Assembly: GCF_009914755.1 (NCBI RefSeq)
Contig: NC_060941.1
Strand: one strand, 5' to 3'
DNA length: 64,000 nt
DNA from: the human T2T-CHM13v2.0 reference genome, Homo sapiens
Position numbers and translations under genes: made by a program. The notes beneath the pieces are model-generated. The model was not told the origin of the DNA. It ran no database searches and saw nothing but the letters and a program-made list of their open reading frames with translations. Shown here piece by piece: positions 33,436 to 46,999 of the stretch. Within the stretch, counting starts at the first letter, position 1, and every line of letters begins with the position of its first letter.

Positions 33436-33520
33436 ATGGAGCTAACACCCATTATGGAGATTAACCACTTTTCATCAGGTTTTTAACTTAAGTCGTGAGG
33501 AATACAACGGTGAACACAAG
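33436..33520 (+). ncRNA. KRT10-AS1: Probable internal exon of KRT10-AS1/TMEM99 (85 nt)
   Basis: Acceptor ctggctttttcag|ATGGAG and donor cacaag|gtgtgt, upstream of the last exon. Assignment partly from recalled gene structure. Confidence 0.55.
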
Positions 33521-33934
33521 GTGTGTATGTGAATTAATTTAGTAGTAAACTATGACATGGAGGGGTTCTGTTGCTTTGAAAGTTTCCAACTTATATACAT
33601 TCAAAAGCTATTAAACTTTTTGGTGTCTCTCCAAATATTTTCCATATTGATAATTTTGGTTGAAATGTAGAGCTAGTTAGAATTTTCTAGTCTAATGCTT
33701 AGATATAAATGAGTGCATATTTGCAGAGCTATAAGATGTTGCATTATTTTTTTTTCTTGGCATCTGGAATATAAATGCTAAATTTGGTCTAGTTAGAATT
33801 TCCTGCTTCCCTCCCTCCCCTGCTTCCTTCCTTCCATCTCAAAACTCTCCAAGGATGAAGACCCCACAAGCTATATTGGGGTAACATATTGTAACAGTAG
33901 TTACTTTCAGTTTCTGTCAAACTAGATTAAAAAG

Positions 33935-34345
33935 AAGACAAGTATTACATGTTCTCACTCATATGTGGGAGCTAAAAAAATTGATCTCATCGAGATAAAG
34001 AGGAGTATAATGGTTACCAGAGAGGCTAGGAGGATAGTAGGGAGGTGAGGGAGAGAAAGTAGGGGATAAAGAGGGTTGGTTGATGGGTACAAACTTACAA
34101 TTAGAAGGAATAAGATCTAGTGTTCAGTAGCACAATAGAGTGACTATAGTTGACAGAAATTCACTATATATTTTAAATAACTAGAGTGAAATTAGAATGT
34201 TCCCAACACAAAGAAATAAGTGTTTGAGATGATGAATATCCCCATTATCCTGATTTGATCATTACACATTGTATGCTTGTATCAAAATATCACATGTACC
34301 CCATATATATGTATAACTACTGTGTATCCATAAAATTTTTAAAAA
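33935..34345 (+). mobile_element. L1MA 3' end
   Basis: catgttctcactcatatgtgggagctaaaaaa...atcacatgtaccccatatatatgtataactac plus A-rich end. Confidence 0.88.
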
Positions 34346-34675
34346 ATTTAAAAGAGGAAAGGAATGGAAAATAAAAGTAAAAAGATGATTCATCAAAAAT
34401 TACATTGTAGAAGAAGAGTGCAGAATGGCATAAACTAGTACCACATAGAACTTAATTTGTAATTGTGAAGAAACCATGTAAGTATATTTACTCCTGGTAT
34501 TGTGTCTTTCTCTCTTATCCTAATTTACTGTTCCTCTATAGTTTAAAATTAAAGAATTGCCTTTAAATTTTACAGGGCAAACTAATTATACTGTGGAGAC
34601 ACAAAATGTTTTGAGACATCTGTGACCAGACATGTCACGTGTGAATATACCATTGGATTTCAAAGCAACACATAA

Positions 34676-35235
34676 TTTTTTTTTTTTTTCCTTTTACAAC
34701 AGATTCATTTTATTTTCATCACCATGGGACGTATCCTGTTGTTGAGTTCTCTGGGTCAGACCTCTGAAGACTTCTCAGATGGATCCTAGTCTCTGGGCTT
34801 GCCCTGAAATTACTCGCTGCTCAGGGAGAGAGTTGAAATGGTTGGCATCCTCCCACTCTGTTGCTCCGGCTGTGTCCCCTCGCTCTGTTGTTCCAGCTAT
34901 GTGCCCTCTGTTGCTCCAACTGCAGCTCATTCTGTTAGAGTTCCTCATTCAGCTGGTCACTGTGGCCAGAGGGTGTTGGCCTGCTCCCTTCCTCAAGTAT
35001 TCTTAAAGCCATGGATTTTTGTGGAGCATTTTTCTTCCTGGCTCTCCCTTGAGTTATTTTCCTTTCTTCGCTATCTTGGGACTCTTCTTTGTGCTTGCGG
35101 TCATCGGTTGAGAGAAGGACTTCTTCTTCCTTGTCTCCTTGGTGTTGGCTCGTGGTTGCTCTTCAACAACTGGACTGGAGGCTCTTGGTTTTCTCTTCAT
35201 CTTCAACAAGTCAGTCTCTCTCAAGGGTCTCACGT
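34676..35235 (-). pseudogene. Processed VCX/VCY-like retrocopy
   Basis: - strand ATG at 35200: MKRKPRASSPVVEEQPRANTKETRKKKSFSQPMTASTKKSPKIAKKGK, frameshift, GRARKKNAPQKSMALRILEEGSRPTPSGHSDQLNEEL*QNEL...SEGTQ. Colinear with recalled VCX/VCY. AATAAA at 34709-34714, then poly(A) at 34676-34689. No intron. Confidence 0.75.
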
Positions 35236-35830
35236 TGCAGCATTCTTACCAGAGGCCATTGGGCCTGGAGTTCCAGTTCCAGTGTCTGGAGAGTCCACCT
35301 CAGCTCAGCAATCTCATGCCGGTTGGCAATTGTCAGCAGAAGCCGATGCCTGCCCATCAGTTCTTTACTCTGAGGTGTTAGAGTGGAATAAAAATATAAA
35401 TACTTATACTAGTTTTCATGACTTCTGCTTAATATTGGGTATTTTTTTGTTTTGTTTTGTTTTGGCGGTGATAGGCTTACCTTACATTAAACCAGGCCTT
35501 AGCCTTTCTGTGGCTTTGTTATGGCAAAGCCTCATATTACTCTCTAGTCTGGTTCAGCAGGACAGTCAGGTCCACACCTGGGGCTGTTTGTTTTCTACGT
35601 TTACCTCAACATAAGGTACCTTATCATTGTCAGCCTTCATCTCCTGATCCAAAATAAAATAAAATGCCACAGGTTACTTGATTTTGCATCTGGAATATGA
35701 TTATTTAAAGAAATTAAAAATTTAAAACTGAAAATGTAGAGTTTAGAAATCTTTTTTAAGGTTTCAAAAAAATTTCTAGGAGACAACAAAATAGTGTTAC
35801 TAGATTTAGCAAATAAAATACAGAATGCCA
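34703..35830 (+). ncRNA. KRT10-AS1: KRT10-AS1 (TMEM99) last exon; 3' end uncertain
   Basis: Strong acceptor T14-CCTTTTACAACAG|ATTC at 34702. Contains the TMEM99 ORF. AATAAA at ~35653 and ~35812. Confidence 0.7.
34838..35614 (+). CDS. TMEM99: TMEM99 ORF (258 aa, doubtful protein; locus now regarded as lncRNA KRT10-AS1)
   Basis: Single-exon ORF matching the recalled TMEM99 sequence (MVGILPLCCSGCVPSLCCSS...). It lies entirely antisense to pseudogene sequence, so coding status is questionable. Confidence 0.6.
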   Translation: MVGILPLCCSGCVPSLCCSSYVPSVAPTAAHSVRVPHSAGHCGQRVLACSLPQVFLKPWIFVEHFSSWLSLELFSFLRYLGTLLCACGHRLREGLLLPCLLGVGSWLLFNNWTGGSWFSLHLQQVSLSQGSHVAAFLPEAIGPGVPVPVSGESTSAQQSHAGWQLSAEADACPSVLYSEVLEWNKNINTYTSFHDFCLILGIFLFCFVLAVIGLPYIKPGLSLSVALLWQSLILLSSLVQQDSQVHTWGCLFSTFTST

Positions 35831-35978
35831 ATTAAATTTGAATTTCAAATGAACATTGAATACTTTTTTTGGTATAACTATATTCCATGCAATATTTGGG
35901 ACATATCTGTTATATTATTCATTGTTTACCTGAAATTATAATTTAAACTGAGAGTTCTGTATTTTATCTGGCAACCTT
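35793..35978. mobile_element. MER53-like palindromic hAT MITE
   Basis: aaaatacagaatgccaattaaatttgaatttcaaatgaac pairs with gtttacctgaaattataatttaaactgagagttctgtattttatctggcaacc. Central ccatgcaatatttgggacata. Confidence 0.8.
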
Positions 35979-36457
35979 ATTATGAAAATATTTAGGATCA
36001 ATATAAAGGAATAATATTTTTAATTTTTACAAACTATTTTAATATAAGTAATTTATTTGATTTTCATTGTCATCCTGAGAGTTAAGTTTTGCCTTACAGT
36101 CTATGTTACTTTACCTGTGTTTTATGAAAAGACTGTCTCTTATAATGATAGCCACCACCACCATATCTTGACAAGTATTGACATACTGAAACTTTAAATT
36201 CATTTTGTGTAGTTCCCGCCTCTTCATGATTGTTTCTGAGGTAATTCAGCTTCTCCGTCTGGCTTTCCATTTTCAACTCTAGGTTAGTCTTGTTCAAAGT
36301 CAACTCATCTAAGACACTTCGCAGGCCCTTGCTATCAGCCTCAACACAGTGATAAAGGACAACTTTACTCTGGCATCTGAACAGAGCCCAATTGGAAGAA
36401 TCAATACAGCTTAGATGGAGGTCTCCTCATCCAGTGGTAATAAAACATCCCACATAG

Positions 36458-36925
<468 letters not shown>

Positions 36926-37607
36926 TGAGTTAATGTGCAAAAGTGCTTAGCACAGCATCAGTATTTAGTAAATGGTAGGAATAACATTATTAAAGCCATG
37001 AAAGAGTGAAAATCTCCCCTCTGCTCTTTTGACTAGGAAAGGAAGCAAGCTCCTTTTCACGTACAGTGCAATGCACCTTTGTTTTACAAGGACTGTGTCT
37101 CCCTAGTTAAAAAAAAATTAAAGTACAGTATGGGGGACCTCCTGCAGTTCTATAAAAACCAAGTCTCTGACCTACGGATTGGAGAGTCATACACCATACA
37201 TGAGATTTCAAATCGCTAGCCTGGGAATTTTCACATTGCTAACCTATGACCACTATTGTAATTTAAACATAAAAGAGATTGTTTTATGTTGAGATGTTTA
37301 ATAATGTGAAATAATGATATTGTAAATTTTGTAGTAACTGTTTAAAGTGGTGAATTGGGGAGGTTTTTTTTTTTTTTTTTTTTTTCAGTTCTTTACATGG
37401 TTTCTGACTTACTTGAGCTTGAAGTCATCCACAGTGAGCCTGGCATTGTGGATCTAATGCGGAATGTTGGCATTTTCCAAAGTAACATTCGTTACCTTCA
37501 AGGGAGGAAAAGGAACCATATAATTTAACAAAATATGTTGGGTGCCATTAGGTCCAGATTATATACTTCATGGATTTCAATAATTATAAGTTTGTCAGTC
37601 ATATTTG

Positions 37608-37886
37608 TGCTAGTCATGGCGGCTCATGCTTGTAGTCCCAGCACTTTGAGAAGCTGAGGCTGGAGGATCACCTGAGTCCAGGAGTTCAAGATCAGCTTGA
37701 ACAACATAGTGAGACCCCATCTCTACAGAAAAAAATTTAGCTGGGAATGGTGGCACATGTCTGTAGTCCCTACTTGGGAGGCTGACATGGGAGGATTGCT
37801 CAAGCCTGGGAGGGTGAGGCTGCTATGATCGTGCCACTACACACACACCAGCCAGGGCAACAGAGCAAGACCCTGTCTCAAAAAAG
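37608..37886 (+). mobile_element. Alu (J-like) in pseudogene intron 1
   Basis: Diverged Alu. TSD agt(c/t)atatttgt. Confidence 0.9.
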
Positions 37887-38507
37887 TTATATTTGTATAA
37901 ATATATATCAGATAAACAGTAAATTTAAATTTTTCTCGGACTATTACAGAACTTTTCAGCTAAATATATTTTTTAGAGCTTCTGAAATACAGGATAAATG
38001 TTTCTCTTTCAAATGAATGAGCCATTTCATATTAATTTTTATGCACGTTAGACACTTTTCTCGACATTAGATGCATTAATTAATCAGATACAATATATGT
38101 TTGCCAGGAGAAATGTAAGTTGTCAAGGTAGTAGGCCTGGCATTTGTTTAAATTCTGTGTGGTTTTTGTCTCATTACTTGAAAGAAGGCCACCACCATCA
38201 GAGTCACCAGAATTTCACAGGCCCCTATTTAGTCCAGCACTCATGCTACTCCACCCTGTGCCAGGACCCAACCTACCCTCAACACCATAAAAGCCACCAG
38301 AAGGCCCACTACCACGGCCCTCTGCTCTCTTGAGAGCCCCCTACAATGACATAGGTTCCCCTGAGCCTCAACAGACTCAGAGCCACTTTCAGTGCTGCTG
38401 TGCTGCCACAACCCAGAGGAACAAGCCACTGTGTGGAGGTGTAGCAGAGATCTAAGGTTAAAGTATAGCCCCAAAGTCGGTGCATTATGGGGACCATTAT
38501 GGAGCCT

Positions 38508-38508
38508 A

Positions 38509-38561
<53 letters not shown>
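38508..38561. repeat. (CTAT)n microsatellite
   Basis: Direct reading. Confidence 0.95.
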
Positions 38562-40823
38562 ATCTGTGTAAAGTTACATCATCTTTAATGAATTTTTTTA
38601 AAGTATAGGTTTTTTTTTTGGTTAACAATCTCTTCACCTTATTTTAGTGATTGATGAGCCATGTGTGCTCAAGTGCTATCTCATCAGGGTGTTGGGTACA
38701 TGCAAGAAAACCGTGTGTGAGCAGGAAAAACAGAGAAGACCATCATTTCATGACTTCATCTTTTGAACCATGATAAGTGATTACTTTTTGAAACACTGCA
38801 GGCATTCCTCTAACAGACATCCTTTCTTTCCTTCTGACCCTATAGTCTTAACATTCTCATGCTCTTGCTCAGTTTGCGTCTATTTTTCCATGACCTTCCA
38901 GGCTTGCTACAGGGCCCTTTCCAAGGAGTCTAAGTTGAGTAGTGCATACTGCTGTAGAGTTAAATAGGTCTTTGAGTTCTAGCCTACTGTTGCTCAGCTT
39001 GGATAAAGTTACTTATCTTCTCTGAATCTCAGTTTTGTCACCTGTACAAATTACAAAATAATTTGGAGGATTAATGAGAAACAGGTAATAGTGTCTGGCA
39101 CATACTAGGCTCTCAATGAATGCTTGTTCTCTCCCTTCTCTTCTCTCCCTGGTCCCCACTCTAGCTCACAGCAGTCTCTAAAACTCATAATCCTAATTAT
39201 ACCACACTTCTTTCAAGAAATATTTATTGAATGCCCAGTGTGTGCCAGGAAGCCTTATGGACTATTATGGGCTCTGGTTTTATACAGTTGTCATACATGC
39301 GTCTTGATCAACATCCCTTCTAAGCTCAGTGTCTGAGCATTGATTCTAGATATCCATGAATACCCTAAACTGAACAGAGTTGCCTTTACACTAAACTAAG
39401 AAGTTGGCAAAGTTTGCCATTTGTGTCTAAAAGGCCCGCTTTCCTTTTCTTCTCTAGGTTGAAATATCTCTGCACTTCATCTGAAGCCATTGGCTTTCTT
39501 GTGCTTTAACTCATTTTTTCTGTCTAGGGAAAAGACATGATATTATTCATTTACACTAATAGAGACAGTATTATTTGCTCTATGTCATTCAGGAACCTAG
39601 GCATTTGAATTTTGAGCTTTTCCTTTAATTATGAAATGAAGGATTGTTCCTTGTGATAGAAATTTCCGTTCTTGGTGAGGAAGAGAGAATTTATTTTGGG
39701 CAGAAATCTGCTGAAATTGCACTTTGCCCGCCTAAAAGACCAGCCTTAAGCAAAAGTGTTATTTTGTCTGTTTAGAATACATGTGGAGGAGTAGACTGAA
39801 GAGAAGGCATACATGTCTTTCTTTTACCCCTCCTTACTCTATACAAAGATTATCTTCCAGCTCCTGTGCCCACGTCTGAGTTTAGTTCCTGGAGTTCCTT
39901 CTGAATTTCAGGAAGTTACCTCTTCTTCAGACTTCCTTCTGTGACTTATTCCTTTCATATCTCCCAATCTATCCTAAGAATCCAAAATGTCTGCAAGTGG
40001 AAGCTCTGTGGCACCCCATTCCCTTTGCCATGATCTCCACCTCTTCCACTGCACCCTGTCCCCACTGCAAGGGGACTGTTCTGTCTTTCCTGTGTCAGCC
40101 TCCTATGGCCCTAAGGGCCCATGATTTTGTTACACTTAGGTGTACAGGATGGAGAGGATGACAGTTACACATGATTAAGGAATCCCTCAGAGGATGAGGA
40201 GAGAAGAGCATGGAAAGATAGAGTCGTCTCAGCTTTCATCAGGGTTTCAAGAGGAGACACTGATTATTGGGGAGTTAGATTCAGGACAGTTTTCCTTTTA
40301 GTGTTGGTGTGTATATTTCTATAGCAGAGAGGAAGATGAGAATTAAACTTCTATGTATCAGGAAAATCTGCCAACAAGAACACTAATGTAGGTACTTGAG
40401 AACTAAAATGAGAAAAGAGAAACTAGAAATTGTCTGCATACATGTAGTAGCAATAATCTAATTCAACATACATGTATTGAGTGCTGACCCTACAAAGCTG
40501 TTTGCCCTTCCATATCCTCTTTCCACCTTTCTCCATTCTGCTCTCTGCACCATGAATTTAACCTTGCCCTCTGGCTTTCATTATGTTTGCCCAGTAGGGA
40601 CCCCAGTGGAGGGAGGGAGGAGAATGAGTTGGGGGACTTATTCCCCTGGCCACCTCTACAGCTTTGTTGGATCCTTTCATTGAACACCACAGCTCCTGTC
40701 GAGATGGCCCTTTCTGTGACTTTCCCTTCCTAAATTACCTTCCTTTGTTCTTGTAGGCATGGGGGTGACACTAGCTCGCCTGGTGGTTTCCCTACGCCAT
40801 ACCCACACCTTTGTCAATAGTCC

Positions 40824-41114
40824 TTTTTTTTTTTTGAGTCGGAGTCTCACTCTGTTGCCTAGGCTGGAGTGCAGTGGCGCAATCTTGGCTCACTGCAACC
40901 TCCGCCTCCCAAGTTAAGCAATTCTCCTGCCTCAGCCTCCCGAGTAGCTGGGACTATAGGCGTCCGCCACCGCGCCCGGCTAATTTTTGTATTTTTAGTA
41001 GAGACGGGGTTTCACCATATTGGCCAGGCTGGTCTGGAACTCCTGACCTTGTGATCCGCCAGCCTCCGCCTCCCAAAGTGCTGGGATTACAAGCATGAGC
41101 CACCGCGCCCAGCC
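40824..41114 (-). mobile_element. Alu
   Basis: Reverse Alu. TSD aatagtcctttt. Confidence 0.95.
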
Positions 41115-42042
41115 AGTAAATAGTCCTTTTCTTAAATTTGCCTTGACTTATCCTAATTTGAGCGTGCCAGTTGTTTCCTGTGTGGACCCTACTGTATGAT
41201 AGGAATTTGTATTGAGTCTTTACTCTCAAGGAGGTTGATAGGAAAATGAATAATTGCAACACCATGCAATAAGGGTTAATACTTGCTTATCAAAGTGTAA
41301 GATCCTTGAGGGTAGAGACCATACATTATTCACATTTCTTTCTTGAGACTTAGCATAGTGCCAGGTACAGAGCAGGTGCCTACCAATGTGGAAAGGTAGA
41401 GGTACGTATACGGGGTGGGGAAAAATGGAGGATGGAGTTGAGAAGCTGTTCCAGGAAGGCCCAAGTGGCTTCATGGTTTAATTATGTTGGTCAGAAACAG
41501 ACTGGTTGCACTAAACAAGAAGAGAATTTACTAGAAGGATATCATTGGCTTCTAGAATCAATGGAAGGTAGGAATATAGGAATTGGAGGACAAGGAGAAG
41601 CTGGGGTGCTTTGGAGGGCTAGTTTACACAAACCACAGCAAAAGTCAAACAATGGATATGATCCTCAGTGTATGTTCCCACACATTGGTCTCTTGTTCAA
41701 ATTTCAGTGTCCCGACTGGCTAAGTCTGAGTGGTGGGAGGGGCTGCTATCTCCTCCTACTGCACACACTAGTACTGCACGCTCCCTTTCAGGGGCCTCTT
41801 CTGAGGAGACAGCAGCTACTTTCTACTTCATATGGTTTTTATTACTTAGTTGAAATGCTAACATGTTCGTGACCTTGGGGAAATGATTTAACACAGATAT
41901 GTGTGTATTTTAATAGTTTAGGTGAAAAGAACTGATTTCTGAGACAACTTTTGATAATCTTTTTTTCTTTCAGGATGAAGTAATGTTAATTTTATACCCT
42001 ATGTATTGCATCTTTTGCTGATACCAAACCTTTAATGGTTTA

Positions 42043-42389
<347 letters not shown>

Positions 42390-44090
42390 TCACGGAGATA
42401 ATCTCCGATTTCCTCATTCTAAACAAGAGTAAATGAAATTAAAAAATGGTGAGTGTGACTTGTCTGAGACCACATCTTAACCAAGGAGTGGTATTGTTTC
42501 TGTTTAATGTAGTCCTTATGATTGTGTTGGTGTTCAGCCTGTGTCAGAAGTAGAGCGAGGCCAGTAGAGTATGTGAACCCTCAAGTCGGCATGGCGGTTG
42601 CCTTTTGGCCTAATCGAGGTCAGAAACATGTTGATACCCTCAGAAGAGATTTCCCCTTAAGGTCCCTCCTTTCCTTATCCCTCTTGGGAAAGGATATGGA
42701 GATTTCTATCATAGGAAGAGAAAAAATGGCTGGAAAAGGACATAGTCACATTCTTTCTGTACCCATAATACTCTGTGTGTGCCTTTATTATTCTACTTAT
42801 CACATTTATCTTGGGGAAGTTTCACAAATCACACACAACATAACACTCCCACCCAGAGATTCAGAATTCATTCCCTCCCCTGCCAAGCACCACTGCAAAT
42901 AAATTGTTACTATTGGGTATATTTTGTGTCCTTGAGCTGCTTTAGGAAAAAAAAAAATTAAGAACCCCTGATAAGCAATTTGGAGCTTCAGATTGCTTTT
43001 GAGAGGGGCAGTGACTCAAGAAAAGTATTGCTTCAGGAAGATTAGCCTGTTGGAAGTATACTAATTGGTTTGGGAGAGATGGAGCAAGGGAATCGGTTAG
43101 GAGAATGTTAGTGTCTACATATGTCATCATGGACACAGAAAAAATAAGCTGATTGAAAGAATAATAATTATTATTTGATTACTGATTGGATATTGAGGTG
43201 GTCAAGACCAAGAAAGTGTCAGAATAGGAAAGCCAGGAGAAAGAGTGGTTTAGAAGTACAGATACTGAATCGGAAATGATGGTTGTACATTCTCATGGTC
43301 AGCCTTTTGCTTCAATTTCTTTAACATGTATTGGTGCAGGCTTCACAGAGCAGAAAACACTCCTGCATGCATATTGTTAGCTGTTCAGAAGCTTTCTGGA
43401 CTTTCTTCCAATCCTTCTCTCTGTTCACTGCTGCCTGTTCACTGCTGCAGGTAAGGTAGGAGGAAAGAGAATATCTCAGGTGGGATCTGGTAATAAAATA
43501 AGAGGAGATCTAGTTATCTGTGGCAGCCTTATCTATTGGAACTACAGAAACAAGCTCACTTCTCTCCTGCTTGTCTCCTCATTAGATAAAAGGAAAGATT
43601 ATGGGGGCAGTGGGTGGGAAGAGTAGTTAAGTTACAGGAGTTAACAGAGTTAAGTAACTATGATGATGAGCTCTTTCCCTGAAGAACCAAGCCTGTGTGC
43701 CAAGGTGGGGCCGCTTTTGCTCAGTGTGAGAGAGGGTGTTTCCCCCATCTCTGGGGAGGAGTAGAGGAACCAGTACCTGCTGAGGTTTCCGTCATTGTTT
43801 TGCTGCCCTCTTCCTCTCTGCCGCACCACTCTCCCACCCCCTGCCAGCTATCCTGTGTTCTGAAGTTGCTGCCTGGTACCCCAAAGCCACATTCCAGTTT
43901 AGTTTGTCCTCCTTTGACTTGCTCCATTTGTCTGTTTTCTCCTCTTTACATACTGAGACTTCTCAGCCTGGTGTGGGAATAGGTATTAGGAGGATAACCA
44001 TCTGGTGAGTCTAATTCAGTCTAAGGTGTGACTTACTGACTGACTGCCAAAGGTGGGTAGGGTTGGAGAGGTATTCACTGAAGCTATTTA

Positions 44091-44381
<291 letters not shown>

Positions 44382-44569
44382 CTAAGTGGAATTTCAGGCA
44401 CCGTGGTGGTAAAAATTTTGAAGAAAATATTTTTCTGTATTTTTCCAATTAATACAACTTGACTTTAAAATTAACTGTAGCAGGAAAAGCACTTTGTTGT
44501 CTCTAGGCCTCTTTTCCTCACCTTCTGGAGGGAAGGGACAGTATCTTGGCTCTGATTGTCCTATCTTTT

Positions 44570-45780
44570 GTACAGTTCACTGAATATATATCATATGCCA
44601 TATATTTTACTGGGGTTCTGAGGATGCAAGGATAAGTAAGATGTGGTCTTTACCTTCAAGGAAGTCATATCTTTTGGGTCAAAGGGTAGGAGACAAGGCA
44701 CAAATAATTACAAAATAGGATGAAGAGTTTGGAAATACAGATTTATCTAAAGTATATGAAGCACCAGTAAAAAGAAACCAGTTTCTGGAGGACTTAATGA
44801 GATGTCTTTTGAATGATGTCTTAAAGAATGACTTAGAATTCATTGTATGGGAAAAAAAAAATCTAGGCTGAGGGACCAGCAAGTATAAAGGAGACATAAA
44901 CACACACGACGTATTTCAAGAACTGAGAAAAGTTTGGTTTAGCTGGGACATAAAGTTTATGTGAGTGAGTGCCAACAAATAAGTCTGGAAAATAGGTTTG
45001 TGCTACATAAGAAAAGACCTGTAATGCCATTTTAAGGAATTTGGACTTGATCCCTTAGTCATGGAGTGGACCGTTGAAAGCTGCTAAATAGGGGAGGAAC
45101 ATGACCTTAATTTTTTGAAAGATAACTTTGTTGACAGTGTACTAGATGGATTGGGGGGAAACTGGACAAAGGGAGATGAGATGGGAGAATTTGCAAGAGT
45201 CTGGGGAGGGGAAGAAACAATGAAAATTTCACAAAAGTGTCAGTGCAGTGATAAGAATGGGAAGATAGTCATAGATAAGGTGGCATTTGACTTGGCTGTT
45301 TGCCCGTTGATGATGGAGGGCATCTAAGATGACAAGACGTTTCTAGTTTTGAACTTCGGGGAATGCTATTGACTGATATGTGAATGCAAAGGGGGAGCAG
45401 TTTTTGTAGGAAAGATAACAAATTTAGGGAAAGGAAGATTGAGCCTGAGGTACCTATCAACATTCAGATGTAGATATTCCATAGGCAGCTGCAGTGTGGG
45501 TCTGAGATTAGGAGAGAAATTGTGATTTGGAAGTTACTGGCAAAGAGAAACCATGAACTACATGAGATTTCTCAGGGAGAATGAGTAGAGATGAGGACCA
45601 TGGATAAAACCTTGAGGAGCTGCAATATTTAATGAGAATATAAAAGGCTTGAGAGATAACATTGAAAGATAAAAGGGAGAACCAGGGGACAGAAGTTTCA
45701 AGAGAGCCAGTGGAGAGGAGAATTTTGAGAAGATGGGATGGCCAACAGTGTTAAAGATGTCAAGTATGACTAGAACTGCA
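44570..45780 (-). mobile_element. L2
   Basis: Long degenerate L2 (taaggaatttggacttgatcc; gagcctgaggtacctatcaacattcagatgtagatattcc). Confidence 0.7.
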
Positions 45781-46282
45781 ACATTACTTTACAATCTAGC
45801 TGTTTGTTCTGAAAAGATCCTAGAAGTACTGTTGTCTTTTGAGAACAGGGAATGAATTCTCTCAAAGCTACCAATTACAGTTAATACACATTCTCAGTCT
45901 TTATAGTTTAAGCATCATTTAATATGACCAATTTTGCAAATTAAAGGATCACTGAAATTGAAATAATTTAGGAAAGAGCTGAAGGCCAGAAATTACCTAT
46001 ATTGAGGTGGTAGTTGAAGCCTTTAGAATAACTGGATTTTATAAAGGGGAGAGCAGAAGTTTAAGGCTGAATGGTGAGGAAACCCTCAGTTAGGCTTGGC
46101 ACAGAGGAAAAGTACCCAGTGAAGGAAGTGAATAAGGAGTGATCTGGAAGTCTGGAAAAAAATTCAGGCAACCAAGGATGGATTGTAGCATATTATGATT
46201 CACCTGGTAGAGTTTCCAGAAGGAGGTTCTTCCGGGTCTTGAGTTTCAAATTCTGCATAGAGACCAGGAAGAATGAGGACTA

Positions 46283-46999
<717 letters not shown>

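Noticed and set aside
34591-34606. Acceptor-like TTTTGTGTCTCCACAG on - as the start of pseudogene exon 6
   Set aside because: The sequence following it shows no keratin similarity in any frame I could read.
34660-35247. Target-site duplication for the VCX/Y-like retrocopy
   Set aside because: The flanks (AAGAATGCTGC vs ATTATGTGTTGC on -) match too poorly to call a TSD.
38241-38497. ORFs 38241-38474 and 38309-38497
   Set aside because: Out-of-frame readings of the decayed keratin head exon.
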